Source of the DNA: an uncultured delta proteobacterium
Lineage (GTDB): Bacteria > Myxococcota_A > Polyangia > Fen-1088
Assembly (NCBI GenBank): GCA_963767925.1
Contig: CAVYGB010000006.1
Coordinates: 160,001 to 224,000, forward strand
Direction: 5' to 3'
Length of the DNA stretch: 64,000 nucleotides
In this document: piece after piece, positions 46,580-55,963 of the stretch
How the letters are laid out: each line of letters begins with the position of its first letter
Numbering within the stretch: the first letter of the stretch is position 1
Made by a program: the position numbers and the translations under genes
The notes under the pieces: model-generated
Told to the model about the DNA's origin: nothing
Databases searched by the model: none
What the model saw: the letters and a program-made list of their open reading frames with translations, nothing else

Positions 46580-48172
46580 CTACCCGGCGCGGCGGCCGCC
46601 GGCCGGGCTGGCGGCGGAGACGGCCTCGGCGGGGTCGTCGACCGGCGCTTCGCCCGGGTCGTCGGCGACCTGGACGCCCGGTTCGGTGCGGTGGCGGACG
46701 TCGTCGAGCTTGGCCCGGGCGGCGGCGGCCCGCTCGCGTCCCGACAGCAGCCGCACCGTCTGGATCAGCAGGGTCGTGCCGATGTAGGCCGCCAGCACCC
46801 CCAGCGGGACGGCGATCACCCAGGGCCAGATGAAGCCCACCGCGGCCAGCGCCAGCAGCACGAACGAGGCCACCCCCAGCACGCGCGCCTCGGCCGGACC
46901 GAGCACGCGGTGGTCCTTGATGGCGGCGCCCACCGCGCTGCCCAGGCTCAGCGCCCCGGCGGCGGCCCGGCCAGCGCTGCCCGAGCGGGGGCGCCAGCGC
47001 CGGTGCTCGACCCGCTGGGTGGGGCGGATCCGGTTGCGGCGGGCGAGCACGATCTCGGTGGCGCGCTCGAGGTCCTGCTCGTACATCTCGGCCACCGCGG
47101 TGGCCACCCGCTCGTCCTCGACGGCGACGTCGAGCTCGTAGTTGGCCCAGAAGCTGGCGACGTTGAGGTTCGTCGATCCCACCCGGGCCCAGCGGGCGTC
47201 GGCCACCGCGCTCTTGGCGTGCAACATCGACCCGTTCCACTCGAACACCCGCACCCCCGCCTCGAGCAGCGGGCGGTAGCCGGCGCGCGACAGCGGGCTC
47301 AGCACCGGGATGTCGCTGGCCCCGGGGACCAGCAGCCGCACGTCGACGCCGTCGCGGGCCGCCGCGCACAGCGCCTGCACGTAGGGGGTGAGGCCCACGA
47401 AGTAGGCGTCGGTCAGCCAGAGCCGCTCGCGCGCGAGGGCGGCGATGAGCTGGTCGAGCCGGAACAGGCCGGCCATGCTCGGCGCGGTGGCGACGACCCG
47501 CACCGGCACGTCGCCCACCCCGGGGCCGTCGTGCTCGTGGACCAGCTCCTCGTCGGGCAGGGGCTGGCCGCTGGCGGCCCAGACCCGGGCGAAGGCGTCC
47601 TCCAAATCGGCGACCGCCGGCCCCCGGATCTCGATGCCGGTGTCGCGCCAGGGTTCGACGCCCTTGCCGGGGTTGCCCAGCCAGCGCGCGCTCACGCACA
47701 GGCCGCTGACGAACCCGACCTGGCTATCGATGGCGATGGTCTTGCGGTGGTCGCGCGAGATCCAGCCGAAGGGGCTGTCGAGGCGGGGCGGGTTGAAGGC
47801 CCGCACCTCGCCGCCGGCGGCGCGCAGCCCGGCCCACAGCTTCCGGCTGCTCGAGGTGCCGAGCCAGTCGTAGAGGACCCGGACCTTGACGCCCTGGCGG
47901 GCGCGCTGCTCGAGGGCGTCGGCGAAGGTGCGACCGATCTCGTCGTCGGCGAAGATGTAGCTCTCGAAGAAAATGTGACGGCGGGCGGCGGCGATCGCCT
48001 CCAGCCAGGCCGGGTAGTTCTCGGTCGCGTCGCGCAGCAGCCGCACCCGGTTGCCCAGCACCAGCGGCGCTCCCGCAGCGCGCGACAGGGCCTGCTCCGC
48101 CAGACGGCGTTGCATGAGACCCCGCCCGGCGTCCGGTTTGGCGCGGAGGCCGAAAAACCGACCGACACTCAC
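46580..48172 (-). CDS. Cardiolipin synthase-like phospholipase D
   Basis: Two HKD motifs ([21 protein letters not shown]); C-terminal TM helices; start uncertain. Confidence 0.9.
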   Translation of the reverse strand: MSVGRFFGLRAKPDAGRGLMQRRLAEQALSRAAGAPLVLGNRVRLLRDATENYPAWLEAIAAARRHIFFESYIFADDEIGRTFADALEQRARQGVKVRVLYDWLGTSSSRKLWAGLRAAGGEVRAFNPPRLDSPFGWISRDHRKTIAIDSQVGFVSGLCVSARWLGNPGKGVEPWRDTGIEIRGPAVADLEDAFARVWAASGQPLPDEELVHEHDGPGVGDVPVRVVATAPSMAGLFRLDQLIAALARERLWLTDAYFVGLTPYVQALCAAARDGVDVRLLVPGASDIPVLSPLSRAGYRPLLEAGVRVFEWNGSMLHAKSAVADARWARVGSTNLNVASFWANYELDVAVEDERVATAVAEMYEQDLERATEIVLARRNRIRPTQRVEHRRWRPRSGSAGRAAAGALSLGSAVGAAIKDHRVLGPAEARVLGVASFVLLALAAVGFIWPWVIAVPLGVLAAYIGTTLLIQTVRLLSGRERAAAARAKLDDVRHRTEPGVQVADDPGEAPVDDPAEAVSAASPAGGRRAG

Positions 48173-48340
48173 CCTTGCAAAGCTAGCACGCCCGGCGCGT
48201 CGAAGGGACCGGGCTGCCGCGGACTTTCGCCGAGGAACCCCCTGAAATCGCGTCGAGACGCGACCCGATCGCCGGATCCTCCTCGCCGGAGGAAACGCGT
48301 CGACGCTCGCGCTCCGCCGCCGGAGTCCGATCTACTCGAC

Positions 48341-49471
48341 TCAGCGCCGCTTCTTGAGGGCGGCCTTCTTCACGGTGGCCTTGCGGGCGGGGGCCTTCTC
48401 CATGGCCGGCTCGGGGGCCACGGCGACGGCCGGGGTCGCCTCCGCCACCGGGGCCGGCTCGGGCTCGCGGACCCGCTCCTCGGTCACCTCGACGTGGGCG
48501 ACGATCCAGTCGGTCACGTCGTTGATGACGAGGTTGCGGCCGGGCTCGTGAAACAGGGCGTGCGACAGCCCGTCGTAGGTCTGCAGCTTCTTGTCGGAGG
48601 TGGCGGCCCGCTCGTGCAGGAGCTTGACCGGCCCGGCGCTGCCGAGCTCATCGGCCGTGCCCCACAGCACCAGCAGGGGGACGTTGAGGTTGGTGCCCCC
48701 CTTCTGTAGCTCGTCGCTGGCGCGCAGGAGCTCGCCCGCGGTGGAGGCGGTCGGCTTGCCGGCGTGGATGAGGGCGTCATTCTGCAGCGACTCGACCACC
48801 CGGCGATCCTTGGAGTAGCGGGCGAGGTCGACGTCGAGGCGGGGGGTGCGGGGCGTGAGGATGGCGTAGGCCCGGGTCCCCATGCGCTCGGCGCGCTTGA
48901 CGTTCTCGCGCAGCAGGGGCGCGCTGAGGATGACGCCGTCGACGGGGGTCTTGCTCCGCAGGGCGTAGACCCCGGCCAGCGAGGCGCCGAAGCCCTGGCC
49001 CAGCACGAACACCGGCTTGCCCTTCTCCCGGTCCCGGACCCGGGTGATGAGGGTGTCGAAGTCCTTCACCAGGTTCTCGATGGAATCGATGTGGTCGCGC
49101 ACGCCTTCGGAGTAGCCGTGACCGCGCAGGTCGATCCCGCAGAGAGACAGCCCCCGGTTGGCCAGCAGGACGCCGAGCTCGCGGTAGCGGCCGCTGTGGT
49201 CCTTGAGGTCGTGCACCAGCACCACCACCGCGCGCGAGGGCCGGGTCGGCTGCCAGCACTGCTCGTGCAGCTTCAGCCCACCGGCGCCGTCGATGGTCCC
49301 GCGGTAGTAGATGACGTCGGGGGGGACGTTGTCCCCGCCCATCGGCGCCCGCGCGGCGCTATAGGGGGCCGTCGCGCAGCCGCCCGCCGCTCCGCAAAGA
49401 CCGAACAACACCAGGCTGACGCATAGCTTCCTCATGGATTTCATCCTCACCCCAAAGACAGAGGCCGGCAA
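48341..49471 (-). CDS. Alpha/beta hydrolase (monoacylglycerol lipase-like) lipoprotein lacking the nucleophile Ser
   Basis: DHSGRY, DLRGHGYS, LGQGFG instead of GHSMG, GTAD, HALFHE. Confidence 0.82.
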   Translation of the reverse strand: MPASVFGVRMKSMRKLCVSLVLFGLCGAAGGCATAPYSAARAPMGGDNVPPDVIYYRGTIDGAGGLKLHEQCWQPTRPSRAVVVLVHDLKDHSGRYRELGVLLANRGLSLCGIDLRGHGYSEGVRDHIDSIENLVKDFDTLITRVRDREKGKPVFVLGQGFGASLAGVYALRSKTPVDGVILSAPLLRENVKRAERMGTRAYAILTPRTPRLDVDLARYSKDRRVVESLQNDALIHAGKPTASTAGELLRASDELQKGGTNLNVPLLVLWGTADELGSAGPVKLLHERAATSDKKLQTYDGLSHALFHEPGRNLVINDVTDWIVAHVEVTEERVREPEPAPVAEATPAVAVAPEPAMEKAPARKATVKKAALKKRR

Positions 49472-49630
49472 CCCCTGGAACCGACCAAAACCGGGCGTGC
49501 TTTTCCCGGATTTCCTCGCAAGTCCGCAGAAAGCCTGGGGCGGCGACGGCCGCGGCAGGACGGGTCGGCTCCCCCATCGGGGCCCCGATCCGGTCCGGCC
49601 GGCGCGGCAACCGGCGGAGGCGGGTGGCGC

Positions 49631-51163
49631 TCAGCTGCCGCCGTGACCCTTGCCCAGCACCTCCCGGATGGCCTTGGCGTAGTCGAACGGCTTCACCGAC
49701 TGCTCCTTGGTGTGGCACTCGATGCAGACCTGCTCGGGCACCAGGCGCCGGGTGCCGGTCTTGTCCTGGGAGCGCACGTGGGCGCTGCTCGGGCCGTGGC
49801 AGGACTCGCAGCCGACGTCGCCGAAGAAGGTGGCGGCGGTGGCGATGTTGCGGGTGCCGCCCGGCCGATCGAAGCCGGTGCTGTGGCAGCGCAGGCAGTC
49901 CGGGTCCTTGTCCCGGGCTTTGCGCTCGAGGGTGGCCAGGGCGAACGCGTGCGACGTGGTGAGAAAGTGCTCCTGGGCCGGCTTGTGGCAGAGCACGCAG
50001 GCCGAGGTGCTGGCGTAGGTCCAGCGCTCGTCGGAGGCGCTGGCCAGCTCGCCCTTGCTGCCCGCGCGGGTGACGACCCCGACCGGGAGCTTGCGGGCCG
50101 CCCGCCGCTTGCTCTCGTCGACGTAGGGTTTGACCAGCGCCTGCATCTTCTCGTCGGAGACGTAGGTCGTATCGAGGCGGTGGTAGACCTGCCGGTAGAC
50201 GACCTTGTCGTTGGCGTAGATGTCGAGCTTGCCGACCAGCCGCCCCTGCCGGTCGGCCTCCACGACGGCGATGTTGAGGTCGCGGTCGCGGATGCGCTGG
50301 TTCTTCTTGCCCCGGTTGTGGCCGAGCACGAGCACGTCCATGCCCTGCACGGCGCGGCCCAGCTCGCGGGCGCGATCGGAGCCCTCCGCCAGGTGAAACA
50401 GGCCGATCACCACCTGGGCCCCTTTTTCCCGGAGCAGCGAGGTGGTGCCCTGGGCGGTCCCCTGCGGATCGGCCACCGTTATCCCGAGCGCCTTGAGTCG
50501 GTCGGTATCCTCGAAGCGGAAGGTGTTGAGGCCGAACAGGCCGACCTTCATGCCCGCGATGTCGAGGATCTTGTACTGGGTGAACCAGGGCTTGCCCCGC
50601 TTGTCGAGCAGGTTGGCCGAGACGACCGGAAGCTTGGCCTGCTTGGCCATCGCCGCCACCTTGGCCGGGCCGAAGGTCAGCAGCTCGCGCTCGCCCGGGG
50701 TGAAGGCGTCGAGGCCCAGCCGGCCGAGCCCGGTGACCATGAGGCGGGCGCGCCGCTCGATCTCGCCCTTGTCGGGCGGAGGGTCGTTGGGACCGGCCGC
50801 ATCCATGCGCGGCAGCCAGCTATCGCCGACGTCGACCTGGATGACCGGGCCGGCCGCGCGCTCGTTCCTGGTCATGGTGGCCCGGCGGGCCAGGCCGCCG
50901 AGCGGGTGGGCGTCGTATTCGCCGTCGAGGTTCGACGAATACAGCAGGGTCACCTTCTTGGCGTCGGCGGGCGGCGGCTGCGGCGTGCCGGGCGGGAGGG
51001 CCTTGCGGGCGGAGGGAGGACGGGGGGGGCGCTCGGTGCGCACCCGGGGCGTGGGCGCTTTCCGTTCGCGAGGGGGTTTGGAGGGGGTACAGCTAAAGAG
51101 CAGCAGGGCGAGGGCTCCCACCAGGGTGAGGCAGGGAACCCTCCCGAACCGGGACTGCGTCAT
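49631..51163 (-). CDS. UshA-like (metallophosphoesterase-fold) lipoprotein with C-terminal tetraheme c-type cytochrome
   Basis: LFSC lipobox; GGLARR, VDVGD, PGERE, VSANL, VLGH; CVLCH, CLRCH, CESCH, CIECH. Confidence 0.82.
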   Translation of the reverse strand: MTQSRFGRVPCLTLVGALALLLFSCTPSKPPRERKAPTPRVRTERPPRPPSARKALPPGTPQPPPADAKKVTLLYSSNLDGEYDAHPLGGLARRATMTRNERAAGPVIQVDVGDSWLPRMDAAGPNDPPPDKGEIERRARLMVTGLGRLGLDAFTPGERELLTFGPAKVAAMAKQAKLPVVSANLLDKRGKPWFTQYKILDIAGMKVGLFGLNTFRFEDTDRLKALGITVADPQGTAQGTTSLLREKGAQVVIGLFHLAEGSDRARELGRAVQGMDVLVLGHNRGKKNQRIRDRDLNIAVVEADRQGRLVGKLDIYANDKVVYRQVYHRLDTTYVSDEKMQALVKPYVDESKRRAARKLPVGVVTRAGSKGELASASDERWTYASTSACVLCHKPAQEHFLTTSHAFALATLERKARDKDPDCLRCHSTGFDRPGGTRNIATAATFFGDVGCESCHGPSSAHVRSQDKTGTRRLVPEQVCIECHTKEQSVKPFDYAKAIREVLGKGHGGS

Positions 51164-51337
51164 GGCCCCCGCATCTTACTGCGGGACTTACATCGGCGCC
51201 CCTGCTTGCGCGGGCAAGCACGGATAACCCGGCCGGAGCGGACCGGCGTGGCCTGACCGCTCCGGGACGGACCACCGAAAGGGAGGCGCCGCCCCCGCGG
51301 GGCGTGCCGGCAGGGGAGCCCCGCCGGCACGACGCGG

Positions 51338-53380
51338 TCATCTATCGGTCGAGCAGCTCTCGTTGTCCCCGCAGGTGGCGGAGGCCGAGCAGGTCCGGAC
51401 CGCGCACTCCTCGTCCTTGCGACCGTCGCAGTTGTCGTCCACCCGGTTGCCGCAGATCTCCCGGGCGCCGGTGTACACCGCGGCGTTGCCGTCGTCGCAG
51501 TCGCCCCCGGGCTGCTCGTTGCCCGGGTCGGCGCCGGGGCACTGGCCGTCGCCGTCCACGTCGCACGTCGGGACGCAGCGCTGGCAGCCCGTCGCGTAGG
51601 CGGCGCAGCGGCCGGCCACGCCCGAGCCCGGCGTGCCCTCCACCTCTCCGAAGCGGCACTCCGCCACGACACAGGCCGCCTCGCAGGTCTCGCAGGTCCC
51701 GTCGACGCAGGCCGACGGAGCCGTGCACTCGGCGTGGGAGTCGCAGCGGGTGCACCCCTCGTCGGTGAGCCCGTTGCAATTGTCGTCGACGTCGTTGCCG
51801 CAGATCTCGGTGGCGTTGGGGTGGATGTCGGGGTTGTTTCGGGCGCAGTCGCCGCCCGGCTCGCCCCCGCCGGGATCCCCCTCGCAGGTGCCGTCGTGGT
51901 CGTCGTCGCACATGGGGACGCAGCGGCTGCAGCTGTCGTTGCGCCCGAACACCGCGCACTTGCCGGCGATGGGGTTGTTGTCGACCATGATGTTGCAGGC
52001 CGCGCCGGGGGTGCAGCCCCGGGTGCAGCCGGCGCACGCCCCGTTCTTGCAGACCAGCAGGTCGCGCGTGCAATCGTCGTCGCCGTCGCAGTCGCCGCAC
52101 AGGTCGTCGATCGATCCGTTGCAGTCGTCGTCGAGCCCGTTGCCGCAGACTTCTTTCTTGCCGGGGGCCACGTTCGGGTTGTTGTCGTCGCAGTCGCCCT
52201 CGGGCTGCTCGTTGCCCGGGTTGGGATCGTCGCAGTAGCCGTCCCCGTCGCCGTCGCACATCGGGACGCAGACGTTACAGCCGCCGGTGCCCAGGGCGTG
52301 GCAGCGGCCCATCACGCCGGGGATGCTGTTCTCCGGGTCGGCGCCGAACACGCACTCGGCGGCGGTGCAGCCCCCCTCGCAGACGTCGCAGGCCCCGTTG
52401 AGGCAAGCCTCGCTGGCGGCGGTGCACATGGCGTGAGCGGTGCAGGCCTTGCAGCCCTCGTCCACGTGGGCATCGCAGTCGTCGTCGATGTTGTTGCCGC
52501 AGATCTCGCGGGCTCCCGGGGAGCGGGCGGGGTTGTCGTCGGCGCAGTCGCCGCTCGGCTCGCCCATGGTCGTCTCACCGGGGCAATAGCCGTCGCCGTC
52601 GACGTCGCACATCGGGACGCAGCGCTTGCAACCCTTGCCGTGGTCGAAGCACTTGCCGGCCACGCCGGCCGGGTTCTCCTCGGTGATGGCGACCTTGCAG
52701 GTCGCGGCGGTACAGGTCCCGTCGCACACGTCGCACAGGCCGGGCAGCAGGCCCACCACGCCCAGCCGGGCGAGTTGCCCCACCACCACCGTGGCGGTGG
52801 CGTCGGTGCCCAGCGCGGGGAGGGCGAGCCAGTTGTCACCCAGGCGCACGCCGACCCGCAGATCGCTCGGCCGGCCGCCGGCCAGCTCGGCCGCGGTGTA
52901 GCGAAAGATCACCCGGGCGGCCACCAGGAGCGGCTCGTCGACGGGATCGATCTCGTAGACCGCGCCGAGCGCGCCGCCCGGAGGGGAGGCGGTGACCGGG
53001 CGGATGGTGATCTCGGTGGGGCCGATGAAGGCCCCGGGAGGAATCTCGACGATGAGCCGGCCGTCGGCCGAGACCAGGCGCTTGCCGGCCGGGGTCACGG
53101 TGGCCATCGGCGTGCCCGATTCACTGCCCGCCTCGGACAGCGGGCCGTCGGGGTTGGGCGCCGTCTCGGACCCGGGACCGTCGCTGCCGCCGGTCCCGCC
53201 GCTGCCGCCGGTCCCGCCGCTGCCGCCAGTCCCGCCGCTGCCGCCGGTCCCGCCGGTGGCGCTGCCGTCGCCGCCACCGCGGCCGCCGGTCGCGTCGGGC
53301 TTGGGCTTGCTGGTCCCGCCGCAGCTTACCGAGGCGCCGAAGAGGAGCAAGAGGGCGACACCGGCTATTTTATGCTTCAT
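51338..53380 (-). CDS. Cys/Asp-rich lipoprotein with ZU5-like domain and four putative metal-binding (MopE-type) repeats
   Basis: SVSC lipobox; GGSGGT linker; IPPGA..I.I; four copies of D.DGDG...DC.D.NP...PGA.EICGN..DDDC.G..DE. Confidence 0.8.
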   Translation of the reverse strand: MKHKIAGVALLLLFGASVSCGGTSKPKPDATGGRGGGDGSATGGTGGSGGTGGSGGTGGSGGTGGSDGPGSETAPNPDGPLSEAGSESGTPMATVTPAGKRLVSADGRLIVEIPPGAFIGPTEITIRPVTASPPGGALGAVYEIDPVDEPLLVAARVIFRYTAAELAGGRPSDLRVGVRLGDNWLALPALGTDATATVVVGQLARLGVVGLLPGLCDVCDGTCTAATCKVAITEENPAGVAGKCFDHGKGCKRCVPMCDVDGDGYCPGETTMGEPSGDCADDNPARSPGAREICGNNIDDDCDAHVDEGCKACTAHAMCTAASEACLNGACDVCEGGCTAAECVFGADPENSIPGVMGRCHALGTGGCNVCVPMCDGDGDGYCDDPNPGNEQPEGDCDDNNPNVAPGKKEVCGNGLDDDCNGSIDDLCGDCDGDDDCTRDLLVCKNGACAGCTRGCTPGAACNIMVDNNPIAGKCAVFGRNDSCSRCVPMCDDDHDGTCEGDPGGGEPGGDCARNNPDIHPNATEICGNDVDDNCNGLTDEGCTRCDSHAECTAPSACVDGTCETCEAACVVAECRFGEVEGTPGSGVAGRCAAYATGCQRCVPTCDVDGDGQCPGADPGNEQPGGDCDDGNAAVYTGAREICGNRVDDNCDGRKDEECAVRTCSASATCGDNESCSTDR

Positions 53381-53609
53381 TGTCGTATGTAATATTACAG
53401 TTTTCAGCATCATAACCACCCGCGGCACAATATCATTCAACGAAGTACTCGAGGGACCGGCTCCACTCTCTCCACCCGCACCCGCGCTCCCTGTTCCGGT
53501 CCGGTCAGCTCGATCTGGCTCCTGGAAAGTTTGTCCTAGCTGGGTCTGACTGTCCCGCGCGACCAGCGCGATCGAGCGGCGCGGATCACTCTTTCGGGTG
53601 ATCCTCTGT

Positions 53610-55796
53610 TTATCTTTTGGTTCCTTTTGCGGTTCCTGGCGACGGTCGTCGGCCCGGCCCATCCGGGGTCCCCTCGGGCGAGGCGCGCAGCAGCCGGGCC
53701 AGGTCCCGAGGGACCGCCTGGGGGTCGGTGAAGTAGCGCTTCCAGGGGTCCTGGCGGAGCGAGGCCAGCCGTTTCGGCACGGTGAGCATGGTGAAGGCGT
53801 TGGGGTCGAGGCCGGCGTCGAGCTCGGCCCAGGCGATCGGCACCGAGACCGTGGCCTCCGGGCGCTTGCGGGTGGAGTAGGCCGACACCGAGGTCGCGCC
53901 CCGGATGTTCCGGTAATAGTCGATGAGGATCTTGCGCTCGCGGCCGGCCTTCGGCATGTCGGTGGTGTAGTCGCGAGGGCGCTGCTTGACGATGAGCCCG
54001 GCGATGGCCCGCGACAGCGCCAGACAACTGTCCCAGTCGAAGTCGGGGACGATCGGCACGACGACGTGCAGGCCCTTGCCGCCGGTGGTCTTCACGTACG
54101 ATTTCAGGCCGACCTGCTCGAGCGTCTTCCGGCAGAGCTGGGCGGCCTGGACGGTCTCGGCCCAGGGGACCTCGGGGCCAGGGTCGAGGTCGAGCACGAA
54201 CCGGTCGGGGTTCTCGAGGTTCTCGCGGGTCGAGTTCCAGATGTGAACCTCCAGCATCCCCATCTGGGCCAGGGTCACGAGGCCCTCCACGGTGTCGACC
54301 ACGAGGTACTGGCTGGTCTTCTTCGACTCCTGGATCGCGATCTGGGACAGCGTCGGGCTGTGGTTGAGCTTCATGTGCTTGACGTAAAAGCAGTCGCCCT
54401 CGATCCCCTCGGGGCAGCGGACCAGGCTGAGGGGCCGGGTCTTCATGTGCGGCAACATGGCCTCGCCCACCGCCTCGTAGTAGCGAGCGAGGTCGAGCTT
54501 GGTCAGCCCGAGCTGGGGGTAATAGACCCGGTCGGGGTTGCTCAGCCGCTGGCCCAGCACGGCGGCCTCGCCCTTCTTCAGCGGGACGGTGATGGCCCCG
54601 GCGGGTGCCTTGCTGCTCGCGGGCGCCTTGCTGCTCGCGGACGCCTTGCTGCCGGGGCGAGGCGCCTTGCTGCCGGTCGGCTTGCGTTTGCCCGGGGCGG
54701 GTGAGTCGGCGTCTTTGGACATGTTCGCGTCCTCGCTTTCCTCGTGGCTCGCGCCCTGCTCGCTCGCCTCGTGCTCGGTCGTGTCCTGGCCCACGTCGTC
54801 GTCGGGCGCGGCCGCGCCGGCCAGGGCGGCCGGGCTGGGGGTCTCGCGGACCACCTGCCGCGCGGGCTTGTCCTCGCGCAAGCCCTGGAAAGACGGGTGG
54901 CGGAGCCGCCCGTCGTGGGTCCATTCGATGAAGGCCACCTCCGCCACCAGCTCGGGCCGGGCCCAGTGGGCCGTGCGCCCGATGAAGGCGGCGGGGGGTC
55001 TCTCGGCGAAGGGGCACTCCGGCTGCACCAGGCGGCCGAGCCGGCGCCGCAGGTCGCGCAGCACCGCCTGGGAAAAGCCGGTGCCGACCTTGCCCGCGAA
55101 GATGAGCTTGCCGGCGGCGTCGTGGTAACCGATCAGGATGGCGCCCAGCGCCTCCCGCGAGCCCTCCGGCTCGGTGAAGCCGCCGATGACGAACTCCTGG
55201 CGCAAGATGCACTTGGCCTTGAGCCAGCCGAGGCTGCGCCCGGTGCGGTGGGGATCGCGCCGCTTCTTCGAGACGATGCCCTCCAGCCCGCGCGCGCGGG
55301 CCTGCTCGAGGAAGCGGCTGCCGTGGCCGACCACGTGGTCGGAGAACGCGATCGGCAGGCCGGTGGGCGCCCCGGCCAGCAGCTCGCGCAGGGCCTGCTT
55401 GCGCGCCTCGAGGGGCTGGTCCCGCAGGTCGCGCCCGTCGAGGTGCAGGAGGTCGAAGACATAATAGACCGCGCCCGCGCCGTTGCGGCCGAGCGCGTTC
55501 TGCAGCGCCTGGAAGCTGGTGCGCCCGTCGGGCAGCGGCACCGCCACCTCGCCGTCGATCATGGCGGTGCGGGCGGGCAGCTTCGCCACGGCGTCGCGCA
55601 CCCCGGGGAACTTCGCAGTCCAGTCCTTGGCCCGGCGGGACAGCAGCCCCACCCGCCCTTGCTCGAGGCGGGCCAGGATCCGGTAGCCGTCGAACTTGAG
55701 CTCGTGAATCCAGCCGTCCCCCTCCGGGGCCTGGGTGACGAGGGTGGCGAGCTGGGGCTCGATGAACTCGGGCAGCGTTGAGCTGGCGGGTGCGAT
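53610..55796 (-). CDS. ligD: NHEJ DNA ligase D (ligase + polymerase domains, no phosphoesterase domain); no canonical start codon
   Basis: PEFIEPQLATL, HELKFDGYR, IDGE, FDLL, EGIVSK, WLKAK, LRHPSF; LSNPDRV, DLDP, KTTGGKGLHV. Confidence 0.9.
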   Translation of the reverse strand: MAPASSTLPEFIEPQLATLVTQAPEGDGWIHELKFDGYRILARLEQGRVGLLSRRAKDWTAKFPGVRDAVAKLPARTAMIDGEVAVPLPDGRTSFQALQNALGRNGAGAVYYVFDLLHLDGRDLRDQPLEARKQALRELLAGAPTGLPIAFSDHVVGHGSRFLEQARARGLEGIVSKKRRDPHRTGRSLGWLKAKCILRQEFVIGGFTEPEGSREALGAILIGYHDAAGKLIFAGKVGTGFSQAVLRDLRRRLGRLVQPECPFAERPPAAFIGRTAHWARPELVAEVAFIEWTHDGRLRHPSFQGLREDKPARQVVRETPSPAALAGAAAPDDDVGQDTTEHEASEQGASHEESEDANMSKDADSPAPGKRKPTGSKAPRPGSKASASSKAPASSKAPAGAITVPLKKGEAAVLGQRLSNPDRVYYPQLGLTKLDLARYYEAVGEAMLPHMKTRPLSLVRCPEGIEGDCFYVKHMKLNHSPTLSQIAIQESKKTSQYLVVDTVEGLVTLAQMGMLEVHIWNSTRENLENPDRFVLDLDPGPEVPWAETVQAAQLCRKTLEQVGLKSYVKTTGGKGLHVVVPIVPDFDWDSCLALSRAIAGLIVKQRPRDYTTDMPKAGRERKILIDYYRNIRGATSVSAYSTRKRPEATVSVPIAWAELDAGLDPNAFTMLTVPKRLASLRQDPWKRYFTDPQAVPRDLARLLRASPEGTPDGPGRRPSPGTAKGTKR

Positions 55797-55963
55797 GGCG
55801 GTATCTTAGCGCCGGGGCGCCAGCCGCGGGGGCTCCCCGTGCAGCGGCGCGATCGGGCGGCGCTCCGCCGAGGCGGGTAGCACCAGGGTCGGCATGGACC
55901 CACCTTGGTGGCGTGGCATCGGGGAACAAGTCGGAGGGTTCTGCGGTAAAAGGGGACCCAAAG

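Noticed and set aside
50880..50960. Possible selenocysteine readthrough in the UshA-like gene
   Set aside because: There is no in-frame TGA; the ORF is continuous
13650..54670. Short tandem repeats near 13650 (AT dipeptide), 16210, 53180 (GGSGGT) and 54600 (ligD linker)
   Set aside because: In-frame low-complexity linkers, ordinary for this kind of genome
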